Shown: piece by piece, positions 1 to 14,407 of the stretch
How positions within the stretch are numbered: the stretch's first letter is position 1
Layout: the number at the start of each line of letters is the position of its first letter
Assembly: GCF_036321535.1 (NCBI RefSeq)
Contig: NC_087436.1
Coordinates: 79,300,001-79,364,000, forward strand
DNA: 64,000 bases
Direction: 5' to 3'
Source of the DNA: Camelus dromedarius
Lineage: Eukaryota
The notes under the pieces: model-generated
What the model was told of the DNA's origin: nothing
Databases searched by the model: none
Seen by the model: only the letters and a program-made list of their open reading frames with translations
Program-made: the position numbers and the translations under genes

Positions 1-1881
1 TAATGTAAACATTACAATTTGACCAAGTTTTTTAACCCATCCTTTGAAAGAGATGCACTTAACATTTTAAAATTCATGTTAGAAAAACCACCGCAATAGC
101 TATAAAAAACACTCATTTAAATGCTTTGTTGTACGTCAGCACAGACTCTGGATTCTTCTAATCAGAGAAAAATGGGGGAGATGTAAGATATCTATTCCTT
201 TCTATCTAAGGAGAAAAAAAATCACTTAAGAGAAAACTAAAATGGTCATATTTTGTTAATTTAAAAAGTAGAAAAAGTTGGTTTGAGTATGTTCTTTTTT
301 AGTCAAATTTTTTTGTTTTGAAATAATTACAGATTCACAGGAAATTTTTTTTAGATCTCTGTACTTCTAGAAATACAGAGATCTGATGAATCCTTTATCT
401 AGTTTCCCCAAGGGTAACATCTTGTGAAACTTTACAATTTGAGTACAATTTCACAACCACGATTTTGACATTAGGCTACTCTAAATGTGTTCAATAATTA
501 TTCTGAAGTGATATATGGCGGAAGCCTCATTCATATGGTTATGCAGAATGAAAACTGACCAGGATGTGTGAATCCCCAAATCAACAAAGTATGCACCTCC
601 TGGCATGGTCAGACAGCCCAACTGGGTCAGTGGGACAGAGTTGCCTTTACCATGCAGTTCCTGCCGCCATCCTATCATCAGCCACACACAAACTCCAAGC
701 TGCAGTTGTCAAGTGTAATATTCTTGACCTCACAGTCATGCCTCTGTATCTGCTGTTCCCTCTGCCTGGAGTCACCTTCACCCTCCAGCCCAGCTTTCTC
801 TTGCCATCTGATTCTGAAAGAGTTCAAAGGTCACGCCCCACCCCAACCCTGCCAAAAGTTCTCTTAGACCTCCTCCCTTGGGCTAAGGTAGGTGGTCTTC
901 AGTAAACTCCCTTGTGGGTACCATTCTCATGATCGCTACTAAATTGTGAGGTTAGCAATGTTGTCTTTCATCCATGCAATACCTGCACTGTCTCATACAC
1001 AGCAGGTATTCAACAAATGTTTTTTTGAATTAAAAAATATATTGGTGTGATACTGTTCTACACACTAAAAATCATTATAGGTGGGCTTTGCTTAAGGAAA
1101 TTCAGACATATGAAAGACAAACTAGGGTAGATTATTCACTTTATGTAAGTGTTATATGATTATTTACATAATTCACCCAGGTTTCCTATAAACTGAAAGT
1201 TTACTTGAGAATTTACTCAAGCATTTAATGACCCTGTACTTGTTATACTATGACTGCTGTAACAAAAGGCAAACAAGATGGACGTTTCCCTTGAGAAAAT
1301 AACGGTCTGTTGAAGAACAAAGAATATACACACATGCATTAGAACATGCATAGAAAATAATCCAGAGGAATACAACGTGTCATACTGTAACTGAAGTTTC
1401 CTCTGGGGATGAGGGGGAGGTGATAAGGAGAACTTGTTACTTTCTATCCTTTCTATTTCTATACTGTCTGAATTTTTTAGAATAAACATGAATTATTTTT
1501 CTAAGGAGAAGAAAATAATAAAATTAGCTGTTTTAAAGAAATAATTAGAGCAACTGCTAACAGGGCTGCCTCAGTTCATTTAAATTAAGATTTAACTGAA
1601 CATATGAACTGTTATGGCTCTAACATATCAAAGGAAGGGATGACAGTTCTTTCAGACACCCAAAGGTTGAGGATGGAATTTTTACCTTCACTCCTAACAT
1701 CCTTACTCTGGCCTCCCAAATTCTAATTCATTTTGTGAAAATGAAGTACATACCTTGCCCCCATGGTCGCTTTTGTGTTGAGAAAGGAAGCACACTGCAC
1801 TTGGCAAACCAGCTATTCAACCAATACTGGCACTTCTTATGCTGGATTTCAGTGAGGACACTAAATGATCCTGTTGCTTTA

Positions 1882-2169
<288 letters not shown>

Positions 2170-3126
2170 TTAGTTAACTGCCTTCATTTGTTTGAACACT
2201 GCATCCTAGTGTAGTAAGGAATACCTAATCAAAAACACATGACAAAATTGGGAAAATAAACTAGCAATTTATATAACAAAAGACTATTGTCTCTACTATG
2301 CAAGGTTCCCAGAAACTGAAAAGAAGTCAATAGCCTAATTGAAAAATGGACAAAAAACATAGTAGAAAATATAAATGACTCATATCAATGAAAATATACT
2401 CCACTTTGAGAAATATACATTAAAATTACATTGATAAAACATTTTTCGCCTATCAGATTGGCAAAACCAAAGTCTGACAACACACTCTAGGGAGTTAGAT
2501 ACTCTCATGTATTTCTGATGAATTTGCAAATGGCCCAACTCTTATGGAGCACAAGTTGAAAATTTTTAAAATATTTATGTATGTGTGTGTGCATGTGCAT
2601 GTATATATATATATATACACATGCACACACACATATAAAACAGATACGTATTTTTGAATATATGTTCGTAGACCATGTCAGGAAGGATACATTAGAAACT
2701 GATTAAGAGTTGCCTTTGGGGAGGAAAGCTGGTTGGGTAGGAGACAGGGGTGGGAAATCTAGTTTTCACTCTACACCCTTGCACCTTCTGAATTTCGTAT
2801 CCTATGCATGTATTATTACCTGTCCAAAAAAGCAAATAAAACCTTTATTGTTGTTAATACAATATAATAAAATGGTCTTGGGGGAGGGAGGTTATTAACC
2901 TACTGTTTTTTTAATATTTTGCTACTACACGCACAAATGAGATTAGTTCCTGGTACTTAGTCTATAAACTAGATGAAATTAAGCTAAAACCAAATAGATT
3001 GTAGAGATAGGAGACTTCATAAATGAACTTTAGCAGATACCCTATTTTCAAAAGAAAGTCTTTCAACAAATGTTTGGATATTGTGCGTGTTAGGTAAATT
3101 CTTCCTTTCCCATTTAGCAATATGAG

Positions 3127-3836
3127 TGTAGAGGAGTAAAATTTGTCACCCCAGAGTGTGTCCCTTTGGCATGAGGATAACTTGAGGCCGATTATTTTTA
3201 AGAAACAGAAGATTCAAGAAGTTTTCCTGTACCTCCTTCCTTAACTGCCTAAAAGAATTCAGATAAAGGTCCTCATATCAAAATAACTCAACATTTTGGC
3301 TTTTATTTCCTAAGCAGCAAAAAGATGGCTTAAATATATAGTCCATGGGCAGCACTTACTAACATTCTGTGGTCTCTTAAGTCTACTTTCCTTACATTTT
3401 GCAACTGGTGCTCCAATAAATACCTCTTTCAACTTCCTGGAAAGAAAAAAATTAAAACACTTAATTTTTGTTACTGAAGTAGAGCTATCACCAGATATCT
3501 GCAAAAAATAAGGGCGAGGTGTGGTGGGGAGATTTGGTGGGGCCTACAGACCACAGATTACTGTTTGTCAAAACTTTGTTTTTCTAGCTCAATGTGAATT
3601 ACCTCCCTCCCCTCTGAAGTCTGAAACCACTCCCCGCAACATCCTCCTGTGCCTTTAGCTGAGGATGGTATTTAAGGTGAGGGTATTTTGGTGAGTTACT
3701 CAGTCTTCCTGGGTCTCTCCCATACATATATGTTACTAAATTGTTGTCTGATTTTCTCTTAGTAATTGGATGTCAATTTAATTCTTAGGCCAGTCAGAAC
3801 TGAGAAGGGTATAGGATAACTTCTTCCTCCCCCAAA
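3127..3836 (+). mobile_element. ERV1 solo LTR, MER34-like, in COQ2 intron 1
   Basis: Begins TGTAGAGGAGTAAAATTTGTCACCCC and ends GAAGGGTATAGG...CTTCCTCCCCCAAA; similar to the reverse complement of 9105-9663. Family name from memory. Confidence 0.7.
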
Positions 3837-6800
3837 AGGAAATAGGATATGTGCCTAAAGAAAGATCAGAGCCTGTGCAAAATGGTCAAATAACAAAGTC
3901 TTAATAATCGTATTTAAGCTTCATTAAATTTAAGCTTTACTCACTTGCATATATTTATAAAGTATGTATTTTGTGCCAGAGCTGTGGCAGGCACTGGAAA
4001 TACAATGGTGACTAAGAAGAGAGCTGGTTTCTGTCTTCACACAACTTATAAATCAAAAGGAAGAAACACAGTTAAACAAACAAACAAAAAAACAATGAAA
4101 CAGATCGATTCAACAACAGGGCAAGTGCAGGATCCTATAAAGGCATAAAACGGTGCCACCCAAGTTAACTGGGGAGGGAGTAGGGAAAACCCAGGGAGGC
4201 TCTTCCAGAAGGGGCTTAGCCTCACACTGCTGAAAAGGCAAGGAGAGACTAAAAATGAGAAATGACTAGTCTAGACCTGAATTCAGGTTGTCCTGGACAG
4301 ACTCATATTCGGTGTGTCCCATCTAAAACAATAACAACAATAACTAACATTTCTAAATGTTCATGAAATGTCAGGCAGTGTTCCAAATGCTTTATGAGTA
4401 CAAACTCATTTAATACTCAAAAACACCCTATTTGTAAAGTACACATTATTATTATTTTTATTTTACAGATGAGAAAACAGATGCACAGAAGTTAAGTAAA
4501 ACATAATGCATTTAATCATTTCCTTTTCCCTGGACCTACCAGTATAGCTCAGAGGGACAGAGGAGTATCTAGCTGATTCTGCCCTGATAAAAAAAGAAAG
4601 AACACCACTTCACAGACATTATTTTCCAGGTGCAACTAGAACTGAAGGTGTCATTTAAAAAAGAATTCAGAGAGAAAGATGTGTAATCACCTATAGCATT
4701 TCGTGTCAGGGACAAAGTTTCCCTGGCCGTAAGTCTGTATTATAGATAACATATTCACAGATCTAAGACTCTGTAGGGCACCACTACAGATGACCCCTGT
4801 AGTGAAGGTTCAATGTCTGTCCCTAGTAAGTGGCACTAGATGCTAAAGTATATTAAACTTTAAGGCTCAGTCTTCCTCATCTACACGTGAGGAGAAAGAA
4901 CATCTGTCTCTCAGAGTTGTTATAAGACAATATTCGTGATGATGGCAATAATGAAAACAATAATGACAAAAACAAATTCATAGTGCTTACTGTGTGCCAG
5001 GGGCCGTCATACAACACTTCTGGTTCTCACAACAAACCTATGAGATAGGCATGACTTTTATTTATACCCATTTAACAAATGCAGAAAACTGAATCAAAGA
5101 GAAAATAATTTGCCTAAGACCACATGTGCAAAAAGTGGCAGAGCTGCAATTAAACCGAAGCAGCCTGGTTCCAGTCTATATCCTAAGGCCAGTGCTATCA
5201 CTCTGGAGACCTAAATCTTTACAGATGCTTAAGTTCTTATTATTCTTCTGGCGTTCTGATTCTCAGAAACATTTTTTTCTGTCTTCCCTATGACACTTTC
5301 ATTCTGTTCTCTTCTGTGAAGAAAGATGCAGAGATGGTAAGGATACAAATAAATTTCAGAAATAAATATTTATTACAGAAAAAGGAAAAAACTCTGAGAG
5401 ATTAAAATAAGCAACCTTCTCAGCGGTGATAGGCAGACCAAAGAGCCTGTGTAAATTGAGCCTAGGATTCATTCACTAATTACACATTATCTTTAAGACA
5501 ACATAATCAGACATAAATGCAGTAAAACAAAAATTACACCACCAATTTAGTGGAAAGAGTGCCACCTGCTGAAACTTCCTAAAATAACATGGTTTGTGTC
5601 ATGGTTGTAGGAAGTTGTATTCATTCTGAAAAACAACAAAACCCACTTTGGTTTCTGAAAATAAAGAGACCAAACTTCAACAAAATAAAACAACGAACAT
5701 AAAATTACCCCACAAAAGAATTTAAATAAAGGAATATCAAAACTGGACTTCTACTACTGTCAATTTATTGTTCCTGGCATATAGTAGGGACTCAAAAAAT
5801 GTTTGCTGAATGAATTCTAACAGTACTATTAATAGGCTGTCTGAAAAATCCTGCAGTTACCTCATTTAGAACCAAAGCAGGCCAGCTGCTATCTTCTTAA
5901 CCTGCATAATAACTATTGACCCAATCTTCTCCAATTCCTACTTTTCAAATAATGGCTAACATCTGCAAGCATTTACTACGTCAGACATTGTTTTAAAGAC
6001 TTAATGTATATTAATGAATTCTCATGACAACCTTATAAAGTTAGTTACCTTAAGTCTTCGTTTTACAGATGAGAAGTGAAGGCCCCAGAGAAGTAAAGTA
6101 ACTTACCAGATGTCCCTCAAGTAGGCAGAGTGGAGATTTCAAACCCAAGAGGTCTGACTCCAGAGCTTTCTCATACATAACCCCTTTATAGCCTCTTACT
6201 ATGCAGTAGGGTGGTCTAGCCACTAAGGGAGAAGCCCGAGATTCACGGAACCGGGACTAACAGCAGCTGCTGATCTTACATGCCCATAGCCTACACTATA
6301 GGGACAAAGATCACAAGAACAGAGTAAGAGTCAGGCTTCAGATGAAAACTGGGCTTGTCTGGCCCCAAAATGCAAGGGGTCATGATGGCAGGACTGCACC
6401 TATCATTTAATTGGCTTTTATACTTTAATTGTTGACTGTTATAAATTCTTTGTGCTCTAATATCAAACTGGTAGTGCATAAACCTAGAATATCAAAACCA
6501 GGCCTACTTTGGGGTCTTGGCTGGGCAAAAGTGGACGGAATATATCCAGGCATTTGAATGTACTTTCATTCACTGCAATGGTAAATGTCATCATCCAGAT
6601 TACCTGGAGTTCAGCCTCCTCCCTCTCCCTCCCCAGTGTCCATCCTTCAGTGCTAAGAAGAAAAGTGGGGGGAAAGAGTCAGAGTGAGGTGATAGGTAAT
6701 ACTTTAAATAGCCCAGCTCTTATCCAGCCTTGACTCCCACTATTTTCCATGCCCACCTGGGGTTCCAGACCAGCTTATATCCTTAGTGTTCCAACACTCC

Positions 6801-7649
6801 ACCCCTGGGTCTTTGCAAAATATTTCCTCCACCAGTCAAGAGCTCTTCTTTCCTCTGCAAAATCTACCTGTCCTTTGAGGTACACTTTCTTCTTGACTTT
6901 TTCCAGCAATGAAGAGTCAAAATAATTTCTTTTTCCTGCTCTACCTACATATCTGTATCACTTATATTTGATCCTGTACTTTCTCAGTTCACCCAATACT
7001 TTGTCTTTCCGAACTAGACGGGTAGTTTTTTGAAAGTAGGGAGTTTCCATAGCTCTTTCTATCCCCAAGGCTAGGCTATGTTGTAGGAATTAATTTATTC
7101 AACCACTACTGCCAGGGTCTGTTCTAGACACTAGATATAAAAGTTCCATATAAGTGGAGCTTATACTGCACTGGAGAAGTCTATCAACAAATAAAGTCAC
7201 AAGGTTGGCTAGTGGCGCGTGCTAAGAAGAAAAACTGGGAGTAAAGAGAGAGTGAAGTGGTAAGTGATACTTTAAATAGGACGGTCAGGGAAACCCTCCG
7301 TTAGGAGGCGACCGTGAGCTGATACGTAGTCCATAAATGCTGTACCTGCTGCATTCAAATAAATTAAATGTTTGTGTTACGGATGGTGCAGGCAAAGAGC
7401 AGGAAACTCAGCATCACCAGGTCTGGCTTTGCCAAAGAGCTTTAGTTTTCTCAGCGTCTTTATCGTCTTAATTATTGCTCTGGGAGCCTTACGGGATTAA
7501 AGGATGAAACATAATAAACGTGGAAGTGCTTCCATACAGTAAATCTGCGCAAAAGTAGCGACATGAAAATGGAATTTCTGTTAGAGTCACTGCTTAAACA
7601 AAGACTGTGGAATGAGAGAATTTTTTTGCTCTATTCAGGCGCTAAGGAT

Positions 7650-8230
7650 TCAGAAGAGTGCGAAAGCCGGCCGACTTCGGAGGCCGCCGGGTCCGGGAGT
7701 CTCGAGGGTACCGGGCGCCTGGCGGCCCAACGCCGGCTTTCAGGCATCATCTCCATTCCGCCCGCGGCGCCCTGGACCGCCGCGCGCGTCTGCACTCACC
7801 TATGGGCTTGTCCAACCGCATGAGGCGCAGGTAGGGCTGCAGAGGGCGGGGCGCCGAGCTCACCACCGCCGCGGCAGACAGGCGCAGCCCACGCCCGCGC
7901 GGCCCCCGCGGCCCGCGCCCCTCCGAGCGCCGCCAGTCCCCCGCGCGGAGCCCGCCGGCCGCGCGAGCCAGGGCCAGAGAGCGGCCGCGCGAGCCCCACT
8001 GCCATGCCCGCGTCCCGGCCCGCAGGGACCGCGCCAGGCCCGCGCCGCACACGCCCAGCATGGCGCTCCGGAGAGCGTGGACCGGCGGGGGCCTAACGTC
8101 ATTCCCGAGCGTCAGGTCACGGCCAGGCATGCGCAGTGACGCCAGCGGGGTGGCCGTGCGCGCCTGTCCGGTTCCGGTGACGGCGGAGCGGCCCGAGCCT
8201 TTGGAGAAACGTGAACTAGGGAATACCGTG
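7650..8230. promoter_or_regulatory. CpG island / COQ2 promoter and first exon
   Basis: Strongly GC- and CpG-rich against an AT-rich background. NRF1-like GCATGCGCA at 8127-8135 and ETS-like TTCCGG at 8172-8177. Boundaries approximate. Confidence 0.85.
7800..8061 (-). CDS. COQ2: COQ2 coding exon 1 (262 nt), Arg/Ala/Gly-rich mitochondrial targeting region
   Basis: GCC-ATG at 8061-8059; [16 protein letters not shown]...[19 protein letters not shown](G); donor G|GTGAGT at 7799. An in-frame upstream ATG at 8130 would add 23 aa. Confidence 0.93.
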
Positions 8231-8842
8231 GGCACCTTGCCCTCTGTAAGGGAGTCTCTCAGGTAAAGGAATGCTGTTGTCAGAATACGTAGCAGTTGTA
8301 CCAGTGGGCGAAAAAACACACTGGGAAACACCTACTGAGCCCAAACTACTGATTTGCTGCCAGGTGTTTCCTTTTTAAAGCTATAAGAGCACCAAGCGGC
8401 CAAATCCAAGAATGTAAACTAAAACAGTACTCGAAACTAAGGGCGTTCTTTACGCAAGTCTGAGAATTTATAGTCAATTCAAGGGAGATCGTTTAATCCG
8501 CAGGCAGCGGGTGTATGGGATGCTAAGAGACTGCAGCTGGAACATCTGGTCGGAGCACCTCTTGGATGGGGCTGTGTACCAGGCACGTTACAGGCACATT
8601 GCATGCTTTATCCCATTTAACCCCTTACTGAGTGACCACGGGGAAGTCATTCAGTTGGATTTTAGTGTTCTAGGGAATTAGGTTAGTCTGCTGGTTTCTT
8701 TAAAATCCAGTGATTCTGTAGTATTTTAAGTCTGCGATGGTGGTGGCGAGGGGTGGTTCTTAATAAGTTTTACAAAACTAGCTCACAGTTTGTTCAATTG
8801 TAGACAAAGGGATCAAGACACTGGGATATTTTATTATAGATT

Positions 8843-10255
8843 TGTAAAGGGAAGAACATACTTTCTCCTGTATGTGAATACTCTCAATACTCTTCTTGAG
8901 TTGTGACCCCAGATGTAGCATTTTCCACACATCAAGCAATTCTGTGACACCTGAGTGTCCTATAATTTTACTCAATTCTGGCACGATCTATCTGGAGTTT
9001 GCCTCAAATCCCACAGGTTGAGGGCTCAGTCCTTTAAGACTGCCCCTACCCCTTCAGAAGCCCATGGAAAGTCCAGGTTGTTCCCTGTGCTTCTTACCTA
9101 CCATTGTTGGAGAGGAAAAAAAGTTCTCCTCTACCCTTATAGGTTTTTATGGCTGGTCTCAGAATTAATTGACATGAGATAGATTAAGAGAAGAAAATCA
9201 AATTTAATTACATATAAATGAGGAATCCAAACATGAAAGTATCAAAAAGACAGTCAGGTACAATGAAGTATATATGGTTTCCTGCACTAAAGAGAAGGGG
9301 ATAGGAGTCTGGGACTTCAAAGGGAAAGAAGATTATTCACAGAAAGAATGAAAAGAGCAAATCTTTGGTAAACAAATGTTTGCTGGACTATACAAAAACA
9401 ACAGGACACAGAGAGAATTTTAACAAACAGATTTTGCTAGACTCCTCTCTGTCTGCCACACCTAGCTCACATCATACTGTAGTTATCTATGGTGATAACT
9501 GCCTTCCTGGAATAGGTTCTCTATTTAAAGTCTTTTAGGCAGTCGGAGGGGAGGGGAGGTCAAAGCTCTTCCTGAGCTGTTTGTTTCTTAAACACAACCA
9601 GCCTAAAATAATCCCCATTCCCGAAGAGACACATTTTAGGGTGACAGGTTTTTCTACCCTACACCGCCTATAGATAGGGGGTTCCCAAGACCCCTTCTTT
9701 GGGTTTGATTGATTTGCCAGAGTAGCTCACAGAATTTAGGAAAATATTTCACTTATCAAATTATCAGTTCATTATAAAAGGACATAACTCAGGAACAGCC
9801 AGGTGGAGCAGATGAATAGGACAAGGTGCGTGGGAAAGGGCACAAAGCTTCAATGCCCTCTCTAGGCATACACTACTCTCCTTTCACCTCCCCGTGATTC
9901 CCAGCCTGAAACTCTGAACCCTGTCCTTTTGGGGTTTTTCTGGAGGCTTCATTATATAGACAAGGTTCATGAAATCATTGGCCACTGGTGATTGAACTCA
10001 ATTTCTAGTCCCTCTCCCCTCCCTGGAGGTCTGGAGTGGGGCTAAAAGTTCCAAACCACTTGTCAGGTGGTTGGTTCCTCTGGCAACCAGCCCCCATCCT
10101 TTGGGACTTTCCAACATTAACATAAACTCAGGTGCACTCATCTGGGCTCCTTATGAATGACTAAAGACACCCTAACCACTCAGGAAATTCCAAGGGTTTT
10201 AGGAACTTTGTGCCAGGAACTGGAGACAAAGACCACATGTATTTCTTATAGGACA
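8843..10255 (-). mobile_element. MER21-like LTR interrupted by a second LTR
   Basis: Minus strand begins TGTCCTATAAGAAATACATGTGGTCTTTGTCTCCAGTTCCTGGCACAAAG...CCCTTGGAATTTCCTGAG; TG...CA termini; shares blocks with 11680-12466. Confidence 0.72.
9105..9663 (-). mobile_element. MER34-like solo LTR nested in the MER21-like LTR
   Basis: TG...CA termini; minus-strand start TGTAGGGTAGAAAAACCTGTCACCCTAAAATGTGTCTC resembles the start of the element at 3127. Confidence 0.7.
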
Positions 10256-11029
10256 ATATTATATAGATATATAAATATTCATAAATATATATTCTATATA
10301 AAAATATTATGTATTATCAGAAGAGGACTTAAAGGTAAATCAATTCTAGCCCTAACAGAAACTCTACGTGCATAAATTCTCTTCTTCCTTCCTTAAAGTA
10401 ACAGACTAATAGGCAAATGTTTGCAATCAGGTCACTAGACTCAGCTTAGGATATTTCTTGTAAAAATGAAAGACATGCTCCAAGGTGAGACAGAGCAGTA
10501 GCACCCTGAAGCCTACTTTTGCCAGCTGGCTTTGCAGCTTACTCTTTCAGAAGTTGGAAACGGATGAGCTCATTTTAAGGACACATAACTGGAGGGCAAT
10601 GATTAACAGTAACCCACGCACTGCCTCTCTTCCGCAGCCAGAAACAGACTCATATCAGATAAGCAGCTCAGTTAATGACGTGTATGCCTGCCTCTGGGGA
10701 ATGAGGGAAGTTCTGAAGTGGCAGCCCTTGCTGACTCAGCCATCCGGCCTGGGCTTTTCCTACCTGTCCTTTCCCAGTTGCAAAAGTTACAATATTTTGC
10801 TGGGTGGGATCTGCTGTACAGGGGCAGGAGTTCTTGCAACCCTGACTGGAGGACAATAGAGAGCTTCTGAGGCTGCACTGGCCCTGGAATAAGGGTACTC
10901 TTTGGGGATATGGGTCTTCATAGGGTGTCTTCTGTGCTTGGGGGATAGGTAAGATGTTTAGGCCAAGGGCCAACATTGCTAGAGGGGGCCTCCTGACCCT
11001 AGAGCCATCCTCCTCCATGTGTTTTATTA

Positions 11030-11361
11030 AGTTAATTAAATGAGGCCACAGGACTGACATGATTCTATGCTGTGGCTGCCTAAATTACTAAACCCAGATC
11101 TAAGCCTCAAGATTAGGAAATCAGAATGCTAAGGACAGCCGGTCACAAAGAACCAACTAGGCTTTAAACCCCAGCCAATCAAATAATTTCTTTTTCTTTC
11201 TTTTTTCTCTTTCCACACTTTTTGCATATGTCTTTCCCCTGGCTCCTGTCCGAGGAGTGTTCCTAACTACTTCCAGTTTGGTGCAGCCTTGTTCGAATAG
11301 ATAAATATTTCAAAAAAAAAAAAATTTAAATATTTATTACGCGTTAGTTTACCTTTTAACA
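11030..11361 (+). mobile_element. Probable ERV1 LTR fragment
   Basis: CCAAT box (AGCCAATCA) and terminal TTTTAACA typical of ERV1 LTRs; family not determined. Confidence 0.45.
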
Positions 11362-11679
11362 GTTTCAATGCCTTTTTTTTTTTTTAAGTGGGATTCTCAA
11401 AATCAACAAAGACATCTCAAATTCAATTGACATTGTCTTAGCCTTTGGAAAGATGGATTTCTGTAGGAGTATCAAGCACTTAGATTGTCCCCAAAGTAGA
11501 AATTATCTATGTAACATGATTCTTAGTTATACTTCTTGGAAGCCCCTCAGTGTGTATTTCTATAGGTTTGAGGGAAAGATTCCACCTTTGAGAGAAGGAG
11601 CCCACCTTTTCCTTTGCTTTTCATCATTTTGAGGAGGTTTAAATGTGAAGTAAGAATGCTGTGTGCTGTTCTATCTCTG

Positions 11680-12466
11680 AGGAAAAGAACTCAGGGGAGG
11701 CACAGAGAAAACTGGAACTTCCAGAGTGGCCAGATCAATTCTGATACTAACTGGCCAGAGCTGTCACGGACCCTTTAAGATATGTATTCAGTCCCATAAA
11801 ACCGCCGCTACTTCAGAAGCCAGCCACAAATGGAGTCTCAGGTTAACTGCACTTCATCTGGCTGATCACAAATTCAGGGATTTCCCCTGACCCTCTCTCA
11901 GGTGTGATAATTCTCTAGCATGATTCACATAACTCAAGAAAGAACTATCCTTATGGTTGCAATTTCTTATAAAAGATACAAATGAACAATCAGATAAAGA
12001 GGTATATAGGGCAAGGTTCAAAAGAGTCCCAAGCACAGGAGCTTCTGTCCCCATAGAGTCAAAGTTCACCACCCTCCTGGCACATCCGTGTGTTCAACAA
12101 CCAGGAAGCTCTCTGAATCTTGTTCCAGAGTTTACCAAGGCTTCATTGCATAGGCGTGATTGATTAAATCATTGGCCAACAGTGATTGAACTCAGTCTCC
12201 AGCTTCCCTCCTCTCTCCAGCCTCCCTCCTGTCTCCTGAGATTCAGGAATGGGGCTGAAAGTTTTAGTGGGTGGCCAATCCCTCCCTTGAAACTATCTGA
12301 GAGTCTACCTTGAGTCAACTCATTAGTATAAACTCATATCTGGTAGAAAAGGACTCCTGTGAATACAAAAGACACTCCTATTACTCAGGAAATTCCAAGG
12401 GCTTCTGAGGCTTTGTGCCAGGAACCAGGGGCAAAGACCAAATAAATGTTTTTTTATTATACCACA
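11680..12466 (-). mobile_element. Second MER21-like LTR
   Basis: Shares ACTCAGGAAATTCCAAGGG, TTTGTGCCAGGAAC and AAATCATTGGCCA...GTGATTGAACTCA with 8843-10255. Confidence 0.72.
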
Positions 12467-13929
12467 AATTACCAAGGTGCCAGAAAGACTGGAACACTAT
12501 CTCCCTAGGTGTGACATTTCAAAGAAAATGAGACTTGGAAGCATGGAGAGGCCCTGGAGAGATTTTATTTACCTTCCGGAAAGTTAATGTGAGAGCCCAC
12601 AATCCTTTCCATCCTGTCTCCAATGAGCAAAGATTTTTCTCCCTCTTTTCATGAAGAGTAGGGGAGGCACCTGCCTTTTTTTCCTGTGTATAAGCATAGA
12701 AAGTCCATTTTCCTCCATTCCTCACTTGTGATACAGACTTTGTGGCTTATATGCAGAGGGCATTTGACCTGGCTTTCATTGTGTTGCTCCAGGAGTAAGG
12801 ATTGGAATGTGGGGAACCTCACTATCAGTGAACAGTGATAATCTGTCTCTGATCTAAACACCATGTGTTCACATTCAGGATAAAATTAATAAAGATGAAT
12901 ATTAAAAATTCAGCAGAGAACAAAAGAGACCATGGCCCATTCCTGTAACTATAGGGTGATAGTACTTGATTTCAATCAGGAAGAATGGATTGTGAGACAA
13001 GAGGGTTGAGATGGAGTCATCTGTCCATCATATAAGAAACTCCATCATGTAAGATAGGCAGACGAACAGAAACCCAAGAAAGGTACAGTGAAGGGGCAGC
13101 TAGAGACACGAGTGTAAGGACAGGAGAGATGGTGTCATGGAACCAAGAGAGATTATTTCAGGAAAGAGAAGTGGTCAATAGTATCAAATGCTTCTAGTAA
13201 AATAAGAACTGGAATGAACCCATGGGATATATTCACATTTGAGTCTCTGGTGGCATCCCGCACAGAGTCGTTCTTATGGTAGGAAATGATACATTTGTTG
13301 AACTGAAGTGTAGAGAACAAGACTGAAAGTATAAACATCTGAACTTTGTTACTGACACTATTGTTAAGCAGATACTGTATTCCATTCTAGGAATTTTAAA
13401 TCTTTTCCATAACTTCTGAGAGTAACCTCTATGTAGAAAGTTTTCTCAGTTTTCCTCACTTAAAGTATTATGAGCATCTTCCCTGTCACTACATATTGTT
13501 CCAAAAATGGCTGTAAAATAATCCCTCATTTGGGTATATCATGATTTATTTAGCCATTCTCTTGGGCAGTTAGACAGTTTTTAGTTTTTCAATACTATAG
13601 TAACTTTTCCCCCTAACCATGCTCTTAGGTAAATTTTCAGCCATACTATTTCCTTGGGCTAGATTCCTAAAATAGCATTAGATATTTCTGTTTTTACTCA
13701 GTTATATTGCTGATTTTCATAAAAGCTGTAAGAATGCTTATAAACCATAGTGCCTGGGCAGAAAAGTTCAAAGTTGTATAAGAAAGATGGGAAGATAAGT
13801 GTTTAAAAAATGGTAGAGAGTGAGATCAGACGTAAATCTAACAGAGAATATAGATGCTGGGGGGATTTGATAGATATGAACTTCAGATTTGAAGGTTCAG
13901 TGACTCATTCTTTATCCAGTACCCTGAGA

Positions 13930-14092
13930 CTGGACTAGCTACATAATTTGGGGGGCCCGGTGCAAAATGAAAATGCAGAGTCATTTTCAAAATGGCTCTT
14001 GCAAGACATGAAACCAAGCACGAGGTCCTTCTGAGCAGAGACTGTTGAGTGACTGCATAGATCATACCTATGATGCTGGCACTGCCCAGAGG
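13930..14092 (-). mobile_element. MER45A-like hAT-Tip100 relic
   Basis: GCTACATAATTTGGGGGGCCCGGTGCAAAATGAAAATGC. Confidence 0.65.
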
Positions 14093-14407
14093 TGATGGGT
14101 TTCAAAAAAAAAAAAATGGGCCAATTGAAATGTACAGGAGACTGAGGGAAGTACACAAATGTCACTCTGTAAATTTATGGGACAGTAGAACAGTCACATA
14201 GGGGGGATCCCCAACTTTCTGGGTACCCCTAGACTTTATTGCCAAGGCACTGTCTGCTATGAACTATTAAGAAATAGCAGAGACTGGATTGTCTCTTCAA
14301 AAACAAAACAAAACAAATCTACAAGGCTCTAATCCCTCAATCTGGACTGTGAATACCTGGGGGAAGGGGCTCTCTGTTTTTTTAAACTTATTACCCATTG
14401 GAAGCAG

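Noticed and set aside
7563..8266. Plus-strand ORFs over the COQ2 CpG island
   Set aside because: Expected from stop-codon depletion in GC-rich DNA; the minus-strand COQ2 frame explains the region.
8843..12466. Two MER21-like LTRs as the ends of one provirus
   Set aside because: They are only about 1.4 kb apart, clearly diverged from each other, and have no gag/pol/env-like sequence between them. Independent solo LTRs are more likely.
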